A stretch of 64,000 nucleotides of DNA, taken from contig MKTC01000031.1 in the NCBI GenBank assembly GCA_001897535.1, positions 14,428-78,427 of the forward strand, in the 5' to 3' direction. This stretch comes from Bacteroidetes bacterium 37-13. Lineage in GTDB: Bacteria; Bacteroidota; Bacteroidia; Chitinophagales; LD1. Below, piece after piece: positions 49,716 to 58,478 of this stretch. The position numbers and the translations under genes are program-made. The notes under the pieces are model-generated. The model ran no database searches, was not told the DNA's origin, and worked only from the letters and a program-made list of their open reading frames with translations. Position 1 is the stretch's first letter, and the number at the start of each line of letters is the position of its first letter.

Positions 49716-49771
49716 GCTGCAAAGATGAAAGAAGTTACATCTTTAGCAACGAACAATTTTTTAAAGAAAAC

Positions 49772-50203
49772 TTACTCTTCGATTTTTAAAAAATCTCCGG
49801 CAGAATTAAACAGAAGTACTGTTTGGTTGTTGAGTTGCACTTCTTGGTTTCCATTCTGCAATTCCCAACCTACAATGTAGTTTGAAGGGTAATTGACAGT
49901 AACATAATCCAATATTTTGTTAGGAATTACACTATTGGGTAATTTTGATTTTCCGTCAATATCAATTACTTCGTTTTGTGCATTAAACTCCAGTTTTGTG
50001 CCATCGGATAAGGTAACTTCATAGAGTTCGTTTTTATCCTTTTGTTTTACTGCTTTGGTAATGGAATTGCCGGTAAAATGTGTTGAAATATATGTTTGAA
50101 CTGTTGCCGGTAAATCTTGTGCAGCTATTACTTTTTCTTTTTCACAACCAGTAGCGAGTAGTAGTAATAAAGCCACTAAAGTGTTGGAGATTAAACTTTT
50201 CAT
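49772..50203 (-). CDS. PepSY-like (putative beta-lactamase-inhibitor-like, DUF2874-type) lipoprotein
   Basis: Lipobox LLATGCEK. Two repeats of the LPxxVxxYIxxxF...E(V/L) pattern. Confidence 0.6.
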   Translation of the reverse strand: MKSLISNTLVALLLLLATGCEKEKVIAAQDLPATVQTYISTHFTGNSITKAVKQKDKNELYEVTLSDGTKLEFNAQNEVIDIDGKSKLPNSVIPNKILDYVTVNYPSNYIVGWELQNGNQEVQLNNQTVLLFNSAGDFLKIEE

Positions 50204-50227
50204 GGCAATATTAGTTTAGTGAAAAAA

Positions 50228-50968
50228 TTATTTAGTGCTATTAACCTTTGCTACAAAGGTTTTCATTAGTTCATCTTGAAAGTTTGCTTTATCACCTGCT
50301 AGTTCAGAATTAAAAGTATAGATAGCTGCTGAAACAGCTTCTTCTAACTTAGTGTTGCCGCCTTTCAAAACTTTTATTCTACCAACCCAACCATCAGGGT
50401 ACATTCCAAAGCGTACTTCAACCGATCCGTTAAACGAATTGTTAGTAATAGTTTCGGGCAGTAGTTGCAACAAATAATCTTGCATCACACCTGCTAAGCG
50501 CGAAAGCGTTTGTGCTGAACCTTCAGTTTTACTTTCAGGCGTTACTTTCACCTCAATACCTTTGGTGGCTTTAGCTTGCATTGTGGCATTGCCCGATACG
50601 TCAATTCTAAAAACAACATTGCAAGCGGTAGGCTTACCATTTTGAATTGCCGGTGCCCAGCGTGGCATGTTTGCAATTAAACGAATTGCTTCTGCATCAA
50701 CTTGTGGATTGATACTTCCGTGTGTATGTGCATTTTCAATTTTACCTGTGGCTGAAATGGCAGCATCAACCTGCAAAGTTCCACTTGCTGAAATTCCTTT
50801 TCTATTAAGTGAATTTTGCAAAGTATCACGTAGGTAATAAACTAAAGACTTGTCGCCACCCGGAAATTCAGGATAGGTTTCAACAATATCGCATTGAAAA
50901 GAAAAAATTTGTGCTTGTGTGCCTAAACATATAGTGCTAACTATTAGTAGTGTCAGAATTTTCTTCAT
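50228..50968 (-). CDS. secreted protein with TonB C-terminal-like domain(s)
   Basis: Signal peptide, then YPEFPGGDKSLVYYLRD ... AIRLIANMPRWAPAIQNGKP, which is typical of Bacteroidota TonB_C-like domains. Confidence 0.6.
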   Translation of the reverse strand: MKKILTLLIVSTICLGTQAQIFSFQCDIVETYPEFPGGDKSLVYYLRDTLQNSLNRKGISASGTLQVDAAISATGKIENAHTHGSINPQVDAEAIRLIANMPRWAPAIQNGKPTACNVVFRIDVSGNATMQAKATKGIEVKVTPESKTEGSAQTLSRLAGVMQDYLLQLLPETITNNSFNGSVEVRFGMYPDGWVGRIKVLKGGNTKLEEAVSAAIYTFNSELAGDKANFQDELMKTFVAKVNSTK

Positions 50969-51021
50969 ATAAAATTGCTTTGTGCAAAGAACAAAATATT
51001 ATTGAATAGTTTAAATTCCAT

Positions 51022-51483
51022 TTAGAATTTTCGCTCAAAAATTATTGAGCCAATCATAGCTTCTCGGGCATTAAAATTATATGGCTCGGTAGTTTCTTCT
51101 TGAATTATTTCCTCCTGCTTTGCATTTATTACTTTCATTCGTTCGTTGTATAAAATCTCTTCTGATGTAAGCGGACGCTCATATTTTGCCTCTTCTGCAA
51201 AACCTTCTTCGTAATTATATGGTGCTTTTTCTTGTAGTAAACCTTTGTTTTTAGAAGAAAAAGATTCTTGTTTTTTAGGTGTGTTTATTGCAGGCTTTGG
51301 CATGGTGGGCTGCGACTTTTCTTGCAACTCCTGCTGAATGCGTTTCATTACTTCATCGAAAGTGCTTGGTTGTTTTGGTGCTTTAGGCGTTTTTTTAGCT
51401 TCTTCTTCCTTTGCTTTGGTGTAAGAAGTATAGATAAAATAGCCAATGCCAAAAATGATATAAAGAATTACTTTAAAATCCAC
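51022..51483 (-). CDS. hypothetical membrane-anchored protein
   Basis: One N-terminal TM helix followed by a charged E/K/Q/P-rich region. No recognisable motif. Confidence 0.5.
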   Translation of the reverse strand: MDFKVILYIIFGIGYFIYTSYTKAKEEEAKKTPKAPKQPSTFDEVMKRIQQELQEKSQPTMPKPAINTPKKQESFSSKNKGLLQEKAPYNYEEGFAEEAKYERPLTSEEILYNERMKVINAKQEEIIQEETTEPYNFNAREAMIGSIIFERKF

Positions 51484-51581
51484 GGTTTGAAAGTATAAAA
51501 CTTAATGCGAATTTGAAATTTTGTGAGGAGAGATTTTTTTCTCAGCAGTTTACTGATAAAAAACAAGAGAAAATGAAGTTG

Positions 51582-51667
51582 TACCGTGGGCGGGACTTGA
51601 ACCCGCACAGCCTTTAAGTGCCACAGGATTTTAAGTCCTGCGTGTCTACCGATTCCACCACCACGGC
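51582..51667 (-). tRNA. tRNA-Leu (anticodon TAA)
   Basis: The reverse complement folds as a class II tRNA. It has acceptor gccgtgg/ccacggt, anticodon stem cagga/tcctg with loop cTTAAaa, a long variable arm and T-arm gcggg-ttcaagt-cccgc. Confidence 0.9.
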
Positions 51668-51710
51668 TAAAACAAAGCGTTTTAAAAACTTCATTTCAAC
51701 ATTGCTGTTG

Positions 51711-51749
51711 AATAAAATTAAAAAGGCTTGAGTGTGCTCTCAAGCCTTT
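51711..51749 (-). terminator. intrinsic terminator after tRNA-Gly
   Basis: 10-bp perfect stem aaggcttgag/ctcaagcctt (51723-51732 / 51739-51748), followed on the minus strand by TTTTTAATTTTATT. Confidence 0.65.
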
Positions 51750-51759
51750 AGCTTAACAG

Positions 51760-51832
51760 AGCGGGAGACGAGGCTCGAACCCGCGACCTCAACCTTGGCA
51801 AGGTTGCGCTCTACCAACTGAGCTACTCCCGC
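51760..51832 (-). tRNA. tRNA-Gly (anticodon GCC)
   Basis: The reverse complement is gcgggagtagctcagttggtagagcgcaaccttGCCaaggttgaggtcgcgggttcgagcctcgtctcccgct. All four arms are canonical. Confidence 0.93.
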
Positions 51833-51908
51833 ATGATTTAAAAGAACGATTTTCTAAAATCGGTTGCAAATATAATTTTCCCTTTCGTAGTTTCAAGTGA
51901 AAAATTCG

Positions 51909-51990
51909 TGCCCTAAGAGGGAATCGAACCCCCACTTCTTTCGAAACACGATTTTGAGTCGTGCGCGTCTACCAATTCCGCCATTAGGGC
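51909..51990 (-). tRNA. tRNA-Leu (anticodon CAA)
   Basis: The reverse complement has acceptor gccctaa/ttagggc, anticodon stem cacga/tcgtg with loop cTCAAaa, a long variable arm and T-arm ggggttcgattccc. Confidence 0.9.
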
Positions 51991-52053
51991 AATGCTTTTT
52001 AAAGAACGGGCTGCAAAACTATTTTTTTTTTCAAAGTAGCAAAGTTCTTTTTT

Positions 52054-53343
52054 CTATTCGTTCATAATTGTTTCAATTTCTTCTGCTTCAATAGGAATAT
52101 TTGCCATTAAATCAATCGGTTTTTCCTTTGTTACCAGAATATTATTTTCTAAACGAATGCCTATTTTTTCTTCTCTAATATAAATGCCGGGTTCGCAGGT
52201 AAGCACTGCTCCGGCAGGGATTTTTCCATATCGGTTGCCTACATCGTGGGTGTTTAAACCTAAAAAGTGTGCGGTGCCGTGTGGGAAATATTTTCTGTAT
52301 AATGGATTTTTCTTGTCTTGCTTTTTTACATCAGCAAGTTTTAAAAGTTTTAGTTTAATGAGTTCGCCTTCCATTAAATCGCCAACTGCGGCATTAAACT
52401 CAACTAATTGTATGCCGGGTTTCATCATTTGCACTGCCTGTTTATGAATACTTAAAACGGCATTGTAAACATCTTTTTGGCGTTTGGTAAATTTGCCGTT
52501 TACAGGAATTGTTCTGGTTAAATCGGAGCAGTAGTTTGCATATTCCGCAGCGCAATCCATTAGTAATAATTCACCGCTTTTACATTGTGTATTATTGGCA
52601 ATATAATGTAGAAAACAAGCGTTTTCTCCGGTAGCCACGATTGGCTCATAAGCGTGCCTGGTGGCTCGGTTGCTAATATATTCATGTGTGAGTTCTGCTT
52701 CAACTTGGTATTCCCACACTCCGGGTTTCACAAAGTGCAGGGTGCGCAAAAATCCTTTGCGTGTAATTTCAATAGCGCGGTTGAGTAATGCTATTTCTAA
52801 GTTCGATTTTTTAGTTCTTAAAGAAGCCATTATAGGTGCTAATCTTTCGTAGCGGTGCAGCGGAAATGCTTCGCGAATGCGCTGTGCTACTTTTACTTCA
52901 TAAGTTTCTACTTTCCACGAAGCGCGGTCGTGTTCGTTGCTGTTTAAATAAACGTGTTCTGCAAGGTGCATTATCGAAAAAAGTGTTGAAAATGCTTCGC
53001 TACTCCAGCGCACTTGTTTAATGCCGGAATATTGGCTTGCTTGTGCTTTGGTGAGTTTTCTTCCTTCCCAAGTTTCGAGTAATTCGTTGGTTTGGCGCAC
53101 AAATAATATTTCGCGCAATTCTTCTTTTGGCGCATCGGGAAAGAGCAATAAAAAAGTTTCTTCTTGGTCTATTCCCGTAAGGTAAAAAAGGTCGGGATTT
53201 TGTCGCCATTTGTAGAACGCATCTGCACTATCGGGCATTGGCGCATTGCTGGAAACAAATACCAGACTATTCTTTTTTAGTTCTTTGCTAAGGTTTTTTC
53301 TGTTGGCTGTAAAAAGCTCGTTGTTAATTACATCGTAACGCAT
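52054..53343 (-). CDS. pepP: Xaa-Pro aminopeptidase (M24B family)
   Basis: Creatinase-like N-domain plus M24 metal ligands (LLMDCAAEYANYCSDLTRT, HGTAHFLGLNTHD, EPGIY). Confidence 0.9.
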   Translation of the reverse strand: MRYDVINNELFTANRKNLSKELKKNSLVFVSSNAPMPDSADAFYKWRQNPDLFYLTGIDQEETFLLLFPDAPKEELREILFVRQTNELLETWEGRKLTKAQASQYSGIKQVRWSSEAFSTLFSIMHLAEHVYLNSNEHDRASWKVETYEVKVAQRIREAFPLHRYERLAPIMASLRTKKSNLEIALLNRAIEITRKGFLRTLHFVKPGVWEYQVEAELTHEYISNRATRHAYEPIVATGENACFLHYIANNTQCKSGELLLMDCAAEYANYCSDLTRTIPVNGKFTKRQKDVYNAVLSIHKQAVQMMKPGIQLVEFNAAVGDLMEGELIKLKLLKLADVKKQDKKNPLYRKYFPHGTAHFLGLNTHDVGNRYGKIPAGAVLTCEPGIYIREEKIGIRLENNILVTKEKPIDLMANIPIEAEEIETIMNE

Positions 53344-53569
53344 GGCGCTAAGGTAACATTATCGCTTTCACTTGCGTATATAATAGTATGAATACAAGAA
53401 CTACAATTAACGAAAATTATTTAAAACTCGTAGTTGTGTTGGTATTTGCAAGTTGGCTTACAATGGCTATTCTTCCACTTTTGTACTAATGAAAATTTAT
53501 TTGGTAGAAAGTGAAACTTTTTAGCCGCTAATGAGTAAAACAATACATCTTAGTTAAAGATACACCAAC

Positions 53570-53620
53570 AGCACCGGGCAAGAGTTTTTGGAGGGTTTCT
53601 TTTGTGCCGGTGTTTTTTTA
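53570..53620 (+). terminator. plus-strand terminator-like hairpin in the pepP-thrB gap
   Basis: caccgg (53572-53577) pairs with ccggtg (53607-53612). The stem has flanking extensions and an imperfect inner stem, and T7 follows on the plus strand only. Confidence 0.4.
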
Positions 53621-53667
53621 TGCTGAAACTTAAAACTCCATTTTAAAGCAAAATTGCACTACTTAAT

Positions 53668-54600
53668 CTACAAAACTTTTGCGCCTTCAGCGTTTATTTT
53701 TGAAATAAAAGCAGTACTTTCTAATCCAATTTCTTGAAACTTCTGCTGCATAGCTTTTGCAACTTCATTAGCTATATTTTCACTATTGCAAAGTGCAAAA
53801 ATTGAAGGCCCTGAACCTGAAATGCTGCATCCTAAAGCGCCTAAATTTAAGGCTGCTTGCTTAACCGAAGAAAAACCCGGAATAAGTGGCGCTCGATAAG
53901 GTTCTGCAATTACATCTTGCAGTGAGCGCGAAATAATATCAAAATCATTTTTCATAAATCCGGCAATTAAAGCTGCTAAATTTCCCCATTGCGTAATGGC
54001 AATTTGAAGTGGAATTTCTTTTGGCAGCACTTTGCGTGAATCTTCTGTTCGCAATTCGATGTGAGGATTTACAACTACGCAGCATAAATTGCTTGGTGTG
54101 GGAATTTCAATAATGTCTAAAGGTGTGTAACTTCTTATTAAAACTAAACCGCCTAAAATAGAAGGAGCTACATTATCGGCATGTGCTGCTCCGCAGGCAA
54201 TTCTTTCTGCTTCCATGGCAAAAGGAATAAGTTCTTTTTTTGAAAGCGGATTGCCAAGCAATTCGTTTATGCCAACCAAAGCAGCAGCAGAACTGGCAGC
54301 GCTAGAGCCTAAGCCGCTTCCCAAAGGCAAGTTTTTTTGGATTGAAATTTCAACGCCTTGTATTTGGTTTAGGTATTTTAGAAATTCTATTACTGCAACA
54401 CCGGCAGTGTTTTTTTCTGCTACCAAGGGCAATCTTCCTCCATCGCCTGAAATTTGTTTTATTGTTACTTTTTCAGAAGTGTTTAATGTTAGTTCAACAA
54501 TATCACCCGGTTGCTGTATGGCAAAGCCCAAAACATCGAAGCCGCAAGCTACATTGGCAACAGTTGCCGGTGCAAAAACAGAGATGGTTTTTTTATTCAT
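53668..54600 (-). CDS. thrB: homoserine kinase
   Basis: GHMP kinase motif PLGSGLGSSAASSAAA. 310 aa with the N-terminal FAPATVANVACGFD. Confidence 0.93.
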   Translation of the reverse strand: MNKKTISVFAPATVANVACGFDVLGFAIQQPGDIVELTLNTSEKVTIKQISGDGGRLPLVAEKNTAGVAVIEFLKYLNQIQGVEISIQKNLPLGSGLGSSAASSAAALVGINELLGNPLSKKELIPFAMEAERIACGAAHADNVAPSILGGLVLIRSYTPLDIIEIPTPSNLCCVVVNPHIELRTEDSRKVLPKEIPLQIAITQWGNLAALIAGFMKNDFDIISRSLQDVIAEPYRAPLIPGFSSVKQAALNLGALGCSISGSGPSIFALCNSENIANEVAKAMQQKFQEIGLESTAFISKINAEGAKVL

Positions 54601-54603
54601 TTT

Positions 54604-55710
54604 TTACTTTAAACTTTCAATTTCAATATCGTAGTTTTTTGCTTGAATCGCCCAATCGTAGTGCCGAACCCATTGCTGGGTATTCATTACGCGAAGGTAG
54701 TTTACATCCATAATTCGCTTGCGCAATTTCACACTAAAATCGCTTTCATCATAAAAAAATGTGCTGTGATATTTTTCGGGTAAATGTTCGGGATAAGCTA
54801 AGCGCTTAGGTAAAAGCGGAACAGTATTGCAAAAAATGGCTTCAACCACACTCGCTCCAAAAAAATCTTGATAAGATGTAACAGGCAACAAATCTGCTTT
54901 CCACAACCATTCGGCATATTCTCTTTCGCTTGGTGCAAAACCCCAGTGCACAATTTTTTCACTCAGTTTCTCTTTCGCTTCACTAAAAATTTTAGGTGAA
55001 TTTTTGAAAGATTCTCCCAGCACGGCTAAACGAAAATCTACACCTTGTTCTTGAATTTCAAATAAAGTATTGAAAAATAATTCGGGATTTTTATCGTGTT
55101 CCCAACGATGATTCCAGAGTACTAAACAACGCTGGTGTTTTTCACTGTATTCCGGCTTCAGCAAGTTGAATTTTTCTAACTGTAAGCCTAAACTTTGCAC
55201 ACTGCTTTTTTTAGAAATTTCAGTAATAGTTTCTTCGTTTGTGTAATCGGGAAATTGCTTTAAAAAATTAGGGAGCGAACCAATAAAACTTTCTAAATGA
55301 TATTTTGAATTGAACCAAATTTTATCGGCAACTAAAGCAGAAGTGTAATTGATGAAAGCATAATGATTATCGCGCTTTAGCTGAACATCTGCATCTGTTT
55401 TGCTCCACGGATAAGTGAGTTGATTCTCGTGCATATAAAGCACAAAAGGAGTTGTGTTTGTGTGTGCAGCAATTAGCGATTTAAAAGTACTTAAATCAAG
55501 CATGTCAGAAACTACAATTGCCTCAAAATTTTTGTCTTTTAGCTTTAAAAACTGCTGAGCTAAAGTAACTGCGCCACCGTGCATTCGCCATTTCCAATGA
55601 TAACCCGGGAGCGTGAGCAATTCAATTTTATGTTTGCTGTGCTGCTGCCAACCCAAAGTCCATTGCCGATGTGAGCCCGTAAAAAATGGTTCAACCAAAA
55701 GTATTCTCAT
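54604..55710 (-). CDS. DUF3524-containing glycosyltransferase, homologue of eukaryotic GTDC1/QTMAN (tRNA-queuosine mannosyltransferase)
   Basis: Blocks are shared with human GTDC1 as I recall it: N-terminal EPFFTGSH, HENQLTYP, NHRWEHDKNPELFF, VLGESFKNSPKIFSEAKEKL and HWGF. Confidence 0.82.
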   Translation of the reverse strand: MRILLVEPFFTGSHRQWTLGWQQHSKHKIELLTLPGYHWKWRMHGGAVTLAQQFLKLKDKNFEAIVVSDMLDLSTFKSLIAAHTNTTPFVLYMHENQLTYPWSKTDADVQLKRDNHYAFINYTSALVADKIWFNSKYHLESFIGSLPNFLKQFPDYTNEETITEISKKSSVQSLGLQLEKFNLLKPEYSEKHQRCLVLWNHRWEHDKNPELFFNTLFEIQEQGVDFRLAVLGESFKNSPKIFSEAKEKLSEKIVHWGFAPSEREYAEWLWKADLLPVTSYQDFFGASVVEAIFCNTVPLLPKRLAYPEHLPEKYHSTFFYDESDFSVKLRKRIMDVNYLRVMNTQQWVRHYDWAIQAKNYDIEIESLK

Positions 55711-57043
55711 TAGGCAGCATAGTGAATTTTAGAGTAGGGTTCTTAGCATTTACATTAAATCTTTCATCGGCACGTAAACCAACAACCCACACTATTTTTT
55801 TATTGCTTTCTATTACCCACACATTTTCTTTTTCGTGTAGCGGGAGTTTTAAATCGGTGAGAAATTTCTTCACCTTTTTCTTTTTTAAATTGAAACCAAA
55901 AGGGTAAAAGTAATCACCTGCTTTCCATTTGCGCAGCATCAAAGGAAATTGCAATTCTGCTTTGTTTACAAAAGCACTTTCTGTTGTTGTTTTTAATGAA
56001 TTTGGAAGTGAGTCCGGCAGTTCAATTTTTAAGGTAAACTGTGAAGTTTTTATTTCTTGTGTGGCTTCTTCTATGAAATGAGCAGAAGCATCTTCTTCTT
56101 TTCCTTTAGTGAGAATTAGAAACCTTCTGTCGCGAATGATACGAGCAGTTCCTGAACTATAAATTGCACCAGCTTGCCCTGTCAAATTTTTGAGTATGTC
56201 ATCAATTTGCTGTGCATTAAAGCCGAAATCTTTTAAAAATGTAAACAATATACTTCGCTTATCTGGTAAGGTTTTCAGCTTTTCAATTGAAATATAAAAA
56301 TCGTTGTGGCGCTTAAAAACAAGTGCTTTTAAAATCTTATTAAAATGGTTTTTAAATACATTTTCAACTTCGGAAAACACAGCAATGTTTTCTGCAAAAG
56401 TTTGTTCAAAAGAAGGGTTTATTTCCTTAAAAAGTGGCATTATTTTATGCCTGATAAAATTGCGCGAATATTTATCAGAAGTGTTAGAGCTATCTTCGCG
56501 CCAGCTTATATTTTCTTGTTTTGCAAAACTCTCCAATGTTTCGCGTGTGGCAAAAAGCAAAGGACGAATTATTTTTTCTTGCTTAGGTAGAATACCTCTC
56601 AATCCTTTTATTCCTGTACCGCGCGAGAGATTAAAAAGTACAGTTTCAATATTGTCGTTTAAGTGATGGGCAGTAGCAACGCAGTCCAATTTATTTCTAT
56701 TCAAAAGTTCTGAAAACCAGTTATATCGAAGTTTTCTGGCAGCTTCTTGTATGGATAATTTATTTGTTTCTGCAAAAGATTTTGTGTCGAATTTAGTGCT
56801 GTAAAACTCAATATTATGTGTGTTTGCAAATGCTTTCACAAAATATTCATCTCCATCGCTTTCTTTACCTCTTAAATTAAAATTGCAGTGCGCAATGGCA
56901 AAAGGAAATTCAGCTTTCAGCATTAAATGGCAAAGTGCCATTGAGTCTAAACCTCCGCTAACTGCCACTAATACGCGCTTCTTTTTTGAAAGAAGTTTGT
57001 GGGTTTCACTAAAAGCTAAGAATTGATTTAAGAATGTTTGCAT
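55691..57043 (-). CDS. tilS: tRNA(Ile)-lysidine synthase
   Basis: PP-loop VLVAVSGGLDSMAL and a TilS substrate-binding C-terminal domain. Overlaps the downstream GT gene by 20 nt. Confidence 0.93.
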   Translation of the reverse strand: MQTFLNQFLAFSETHKLLSKKKRVLVAVSGGLDSMALCHLMLKAEFPFAIAHCNFNLRGKESDGDEYFVKAFANTHNIEFYSTKFDTKSFAETNKLSIQEAARKLRYNWFSELLNRNKLDCVATAHHLNDNIETVLFNLSRGTGIKGLRGILPKQEKIIRPLLFATRETLESFAKQENISWREDSSNTSDKYSRNFIRHKIMPLFKEINPSFEQTFAENIAVFSEVENVFKNHFNKILKALVFKRHNDFYISIEKLKTLPDKRSILFTFLKDFGFNAQQIDDILKNLTGQAGAIYSSGTARIIRDRRFLILTKGKEEDASAHFIEEATQEIKTSQFTLKIELPDSLPNSLKTTTESAFVNKAELQFPLMLRKWKAGDYFYPFGFNLKKKKVKKFLTDLKLPLHEKENVWVIESNKKIVWVVGLRADERFNVNAKNPTLKFTMLPNENTFG

Positions 57044-57072
57044 TTTAGAAAAAATAAATGGCTTACAGAAGA

Positions 57073-57732
57073 CTAATTTCCAAAAATATAATCTAAAATA
57101 TTAGCTCCCATTCGCAATGCTTTTTGGCGTGTTTCTTCGGGGTCTTTGTGCACATCGGCATCTTCCCAGCCATCTCCTAAATCGCACTCGTAGGTGTAGA
57201 GCGCAACTAACCTTCCTTGATAGAACAAACCAAATGCCTGAGCAGGCTTGCCATCGTGTTCGTGTATTTTGGGTAAGCCATTTGGGAAGTTGAATTTTTG
57301 ATGAAAAATGGGGTGATTAAATGGCAATTCTACCAATTTGCTTCCTGGAATAAGTTTGTCTAATTGCGGACGAATAAATTTGTCCATGCCATAATTATCA
57401 TCAGCATGTAAAAAGCCTCCTGCCATCAAATAGTTTCTTAAGTTTTCGCTTTCCACAGTATTAAAAACTACGTTTCCGTGCCCGGTCATATGTAGAAAAG
57501 GATAGTTGAAAATTTCGGGGCTTCCAACCTCAACTGTTTCAGGTTCTGTATCAATGTTTGTGTTTAAATTTTTATTGGCAAAGCTTATTAAATTAGGAAG
57601 TGAAGTAGGGTTTGCATACCAATCGCCACCGCCATTATATTTTAGCAGCGCGATTTTGAGCGGCTTGTCGTTTCCGGCAAAAGCTATAATTGGGAAAAGA
57701 AAAATCAATAAATACTTCATGCAGTTTTCCAT
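57073..57732 (-). CDS. DUF4159 domain protein
   Basis: LLKYNGGGDWYANPTSLPNL and FLHMTGHG motifs are characteristic of DUF4159. A signal peptide is present. Confidence 0.78.
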   Translation of the reverse strand: MENCMKYLLIFLFPIIAFAGNDKPLKIALLKYNGGGDWYANPTSLPNLISFANKNLNTNIDTEPETVEVGSPEIFNYPFLHMTGHGNVVFNTVESENLRNYLMAGGFLHADDNYGMDKFIRPQLDKLIPGSKLVELPFNHPIFHQKFNFPNGLPKIHEHDGKPAQAFGLFYQGRLVALYTYECDLGDGWEDADVHKDPEETRQKALRMGANILDYIFGN

Positions 57733-58277
57733 TTAATGTTGCAGCCAATACTTGGGCGCTGGAAAGATGAAATTTCTTTTCCTTCAAGTAAAGCATTTAT
57801 GGCATTTTTTAAATCTTCACCAGTTACCGGCTCTTCATTTTTGGGTCTTGAACTATCGAATTGACCGCGATAAACCAATTTGTTTTCACCATTAAACAAG
57901 TAAAAATCAGGCGTGCAAGCAGCATCATAAGCTTTTGCAATCTCTTGAGTTTCGTCATAGAGATATGGAAAGTTAAATTGTTTTTGCAAGGCAAGTTCTT
58001 TCATCTTTTCAGGTGAATCTTCGGGATATTTTTCAATGTTGTTTGAACTAATTGCTACGGTGTTAATGCCTTTTGGTGTATAGCTGTTTATAGTTTCAAC
58101 AAGTTTATTAAGAATATGTATCACATAAGGACAATGGTTACAGATAAAAACAACCAATGTGCCATTCGTGCCTTTAACATCTTTAAAAGAAAGGTTTTTC
58201 TCTGAAATTACATCAGGCAAATTGAAGTCCGGAGCGATTGTGCCGAGCGGAATCATATTAGAAGGAGTAGAAGCCAT
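57717..58277 (-). CDS. thioredoxin-fold (AhpC/TSA-like) protein
   Basis: APDFNLPD...LVVFICNHCPYV redoxin-type motif. 186 aa. Confidence 0.8.
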   Translation of the reverse strand: MASTPSNMIPLGTIAPDFNLPDVISEKNLSFKDVKGTNGTLVVFICNHCPYVIHILNKLVETINSYTPKGINTVAISSNNIEKYPEDSPEKMKELALQKQFNFPYLYDETQEIAKAYDAACTPDFYLFNGENKLVYRGQFDSSRPKNEEPVTGEDLKNAINALLEGKEISSFQRPSIGCNIKWKTA

Positions 58278-58360
58278 TTTTTAGAAATAAAAATATTTGC
58301 TGTGAAAATACCAATCGAATATTATATTTGCGCCTCTTTTAAAGAAAATAAAGAAAATTT

Positions 58361-58434
58361 GCTCTCGTAGCTTAACTGGATAGAGCATCTGACTACGGAT
58401 CAGAAGGTTAGGGGTTCGACTCCCTTCGAGAGCA
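58361..58434 (+). tRNA. tRNA-Arg (anticodon ACG)
   Basis: gctctcgtagcttaactggatagagcatctgactACGgatcagaaggttaggggttcgactcccttcgagagca forms a canonical cloverleaf. Confidence 0.93.
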
Positions 58435-58438
58435 CAGA

Positions 58439-58470
58439 AACGGTTCCATTTTGGAGCCGTTTTTTGTTTT
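58439..58470 (+). terminator. intrinsic terminator after tRNA-Arg
   Basis: 9-bp stem aacggttcc/ggagccgtt (one G-U) with a 5-nt loop, followed by TTTTGTTTT. Confidence 0.75.
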
Positions 58471-58478
58471 AGCAAAGT

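Noticed and set aside
58281-58475. 64-aa minus-strand ORF
   Set aside because: It is the reverse complement of tRNA-Arg and its terminator, so it is not a coding region.
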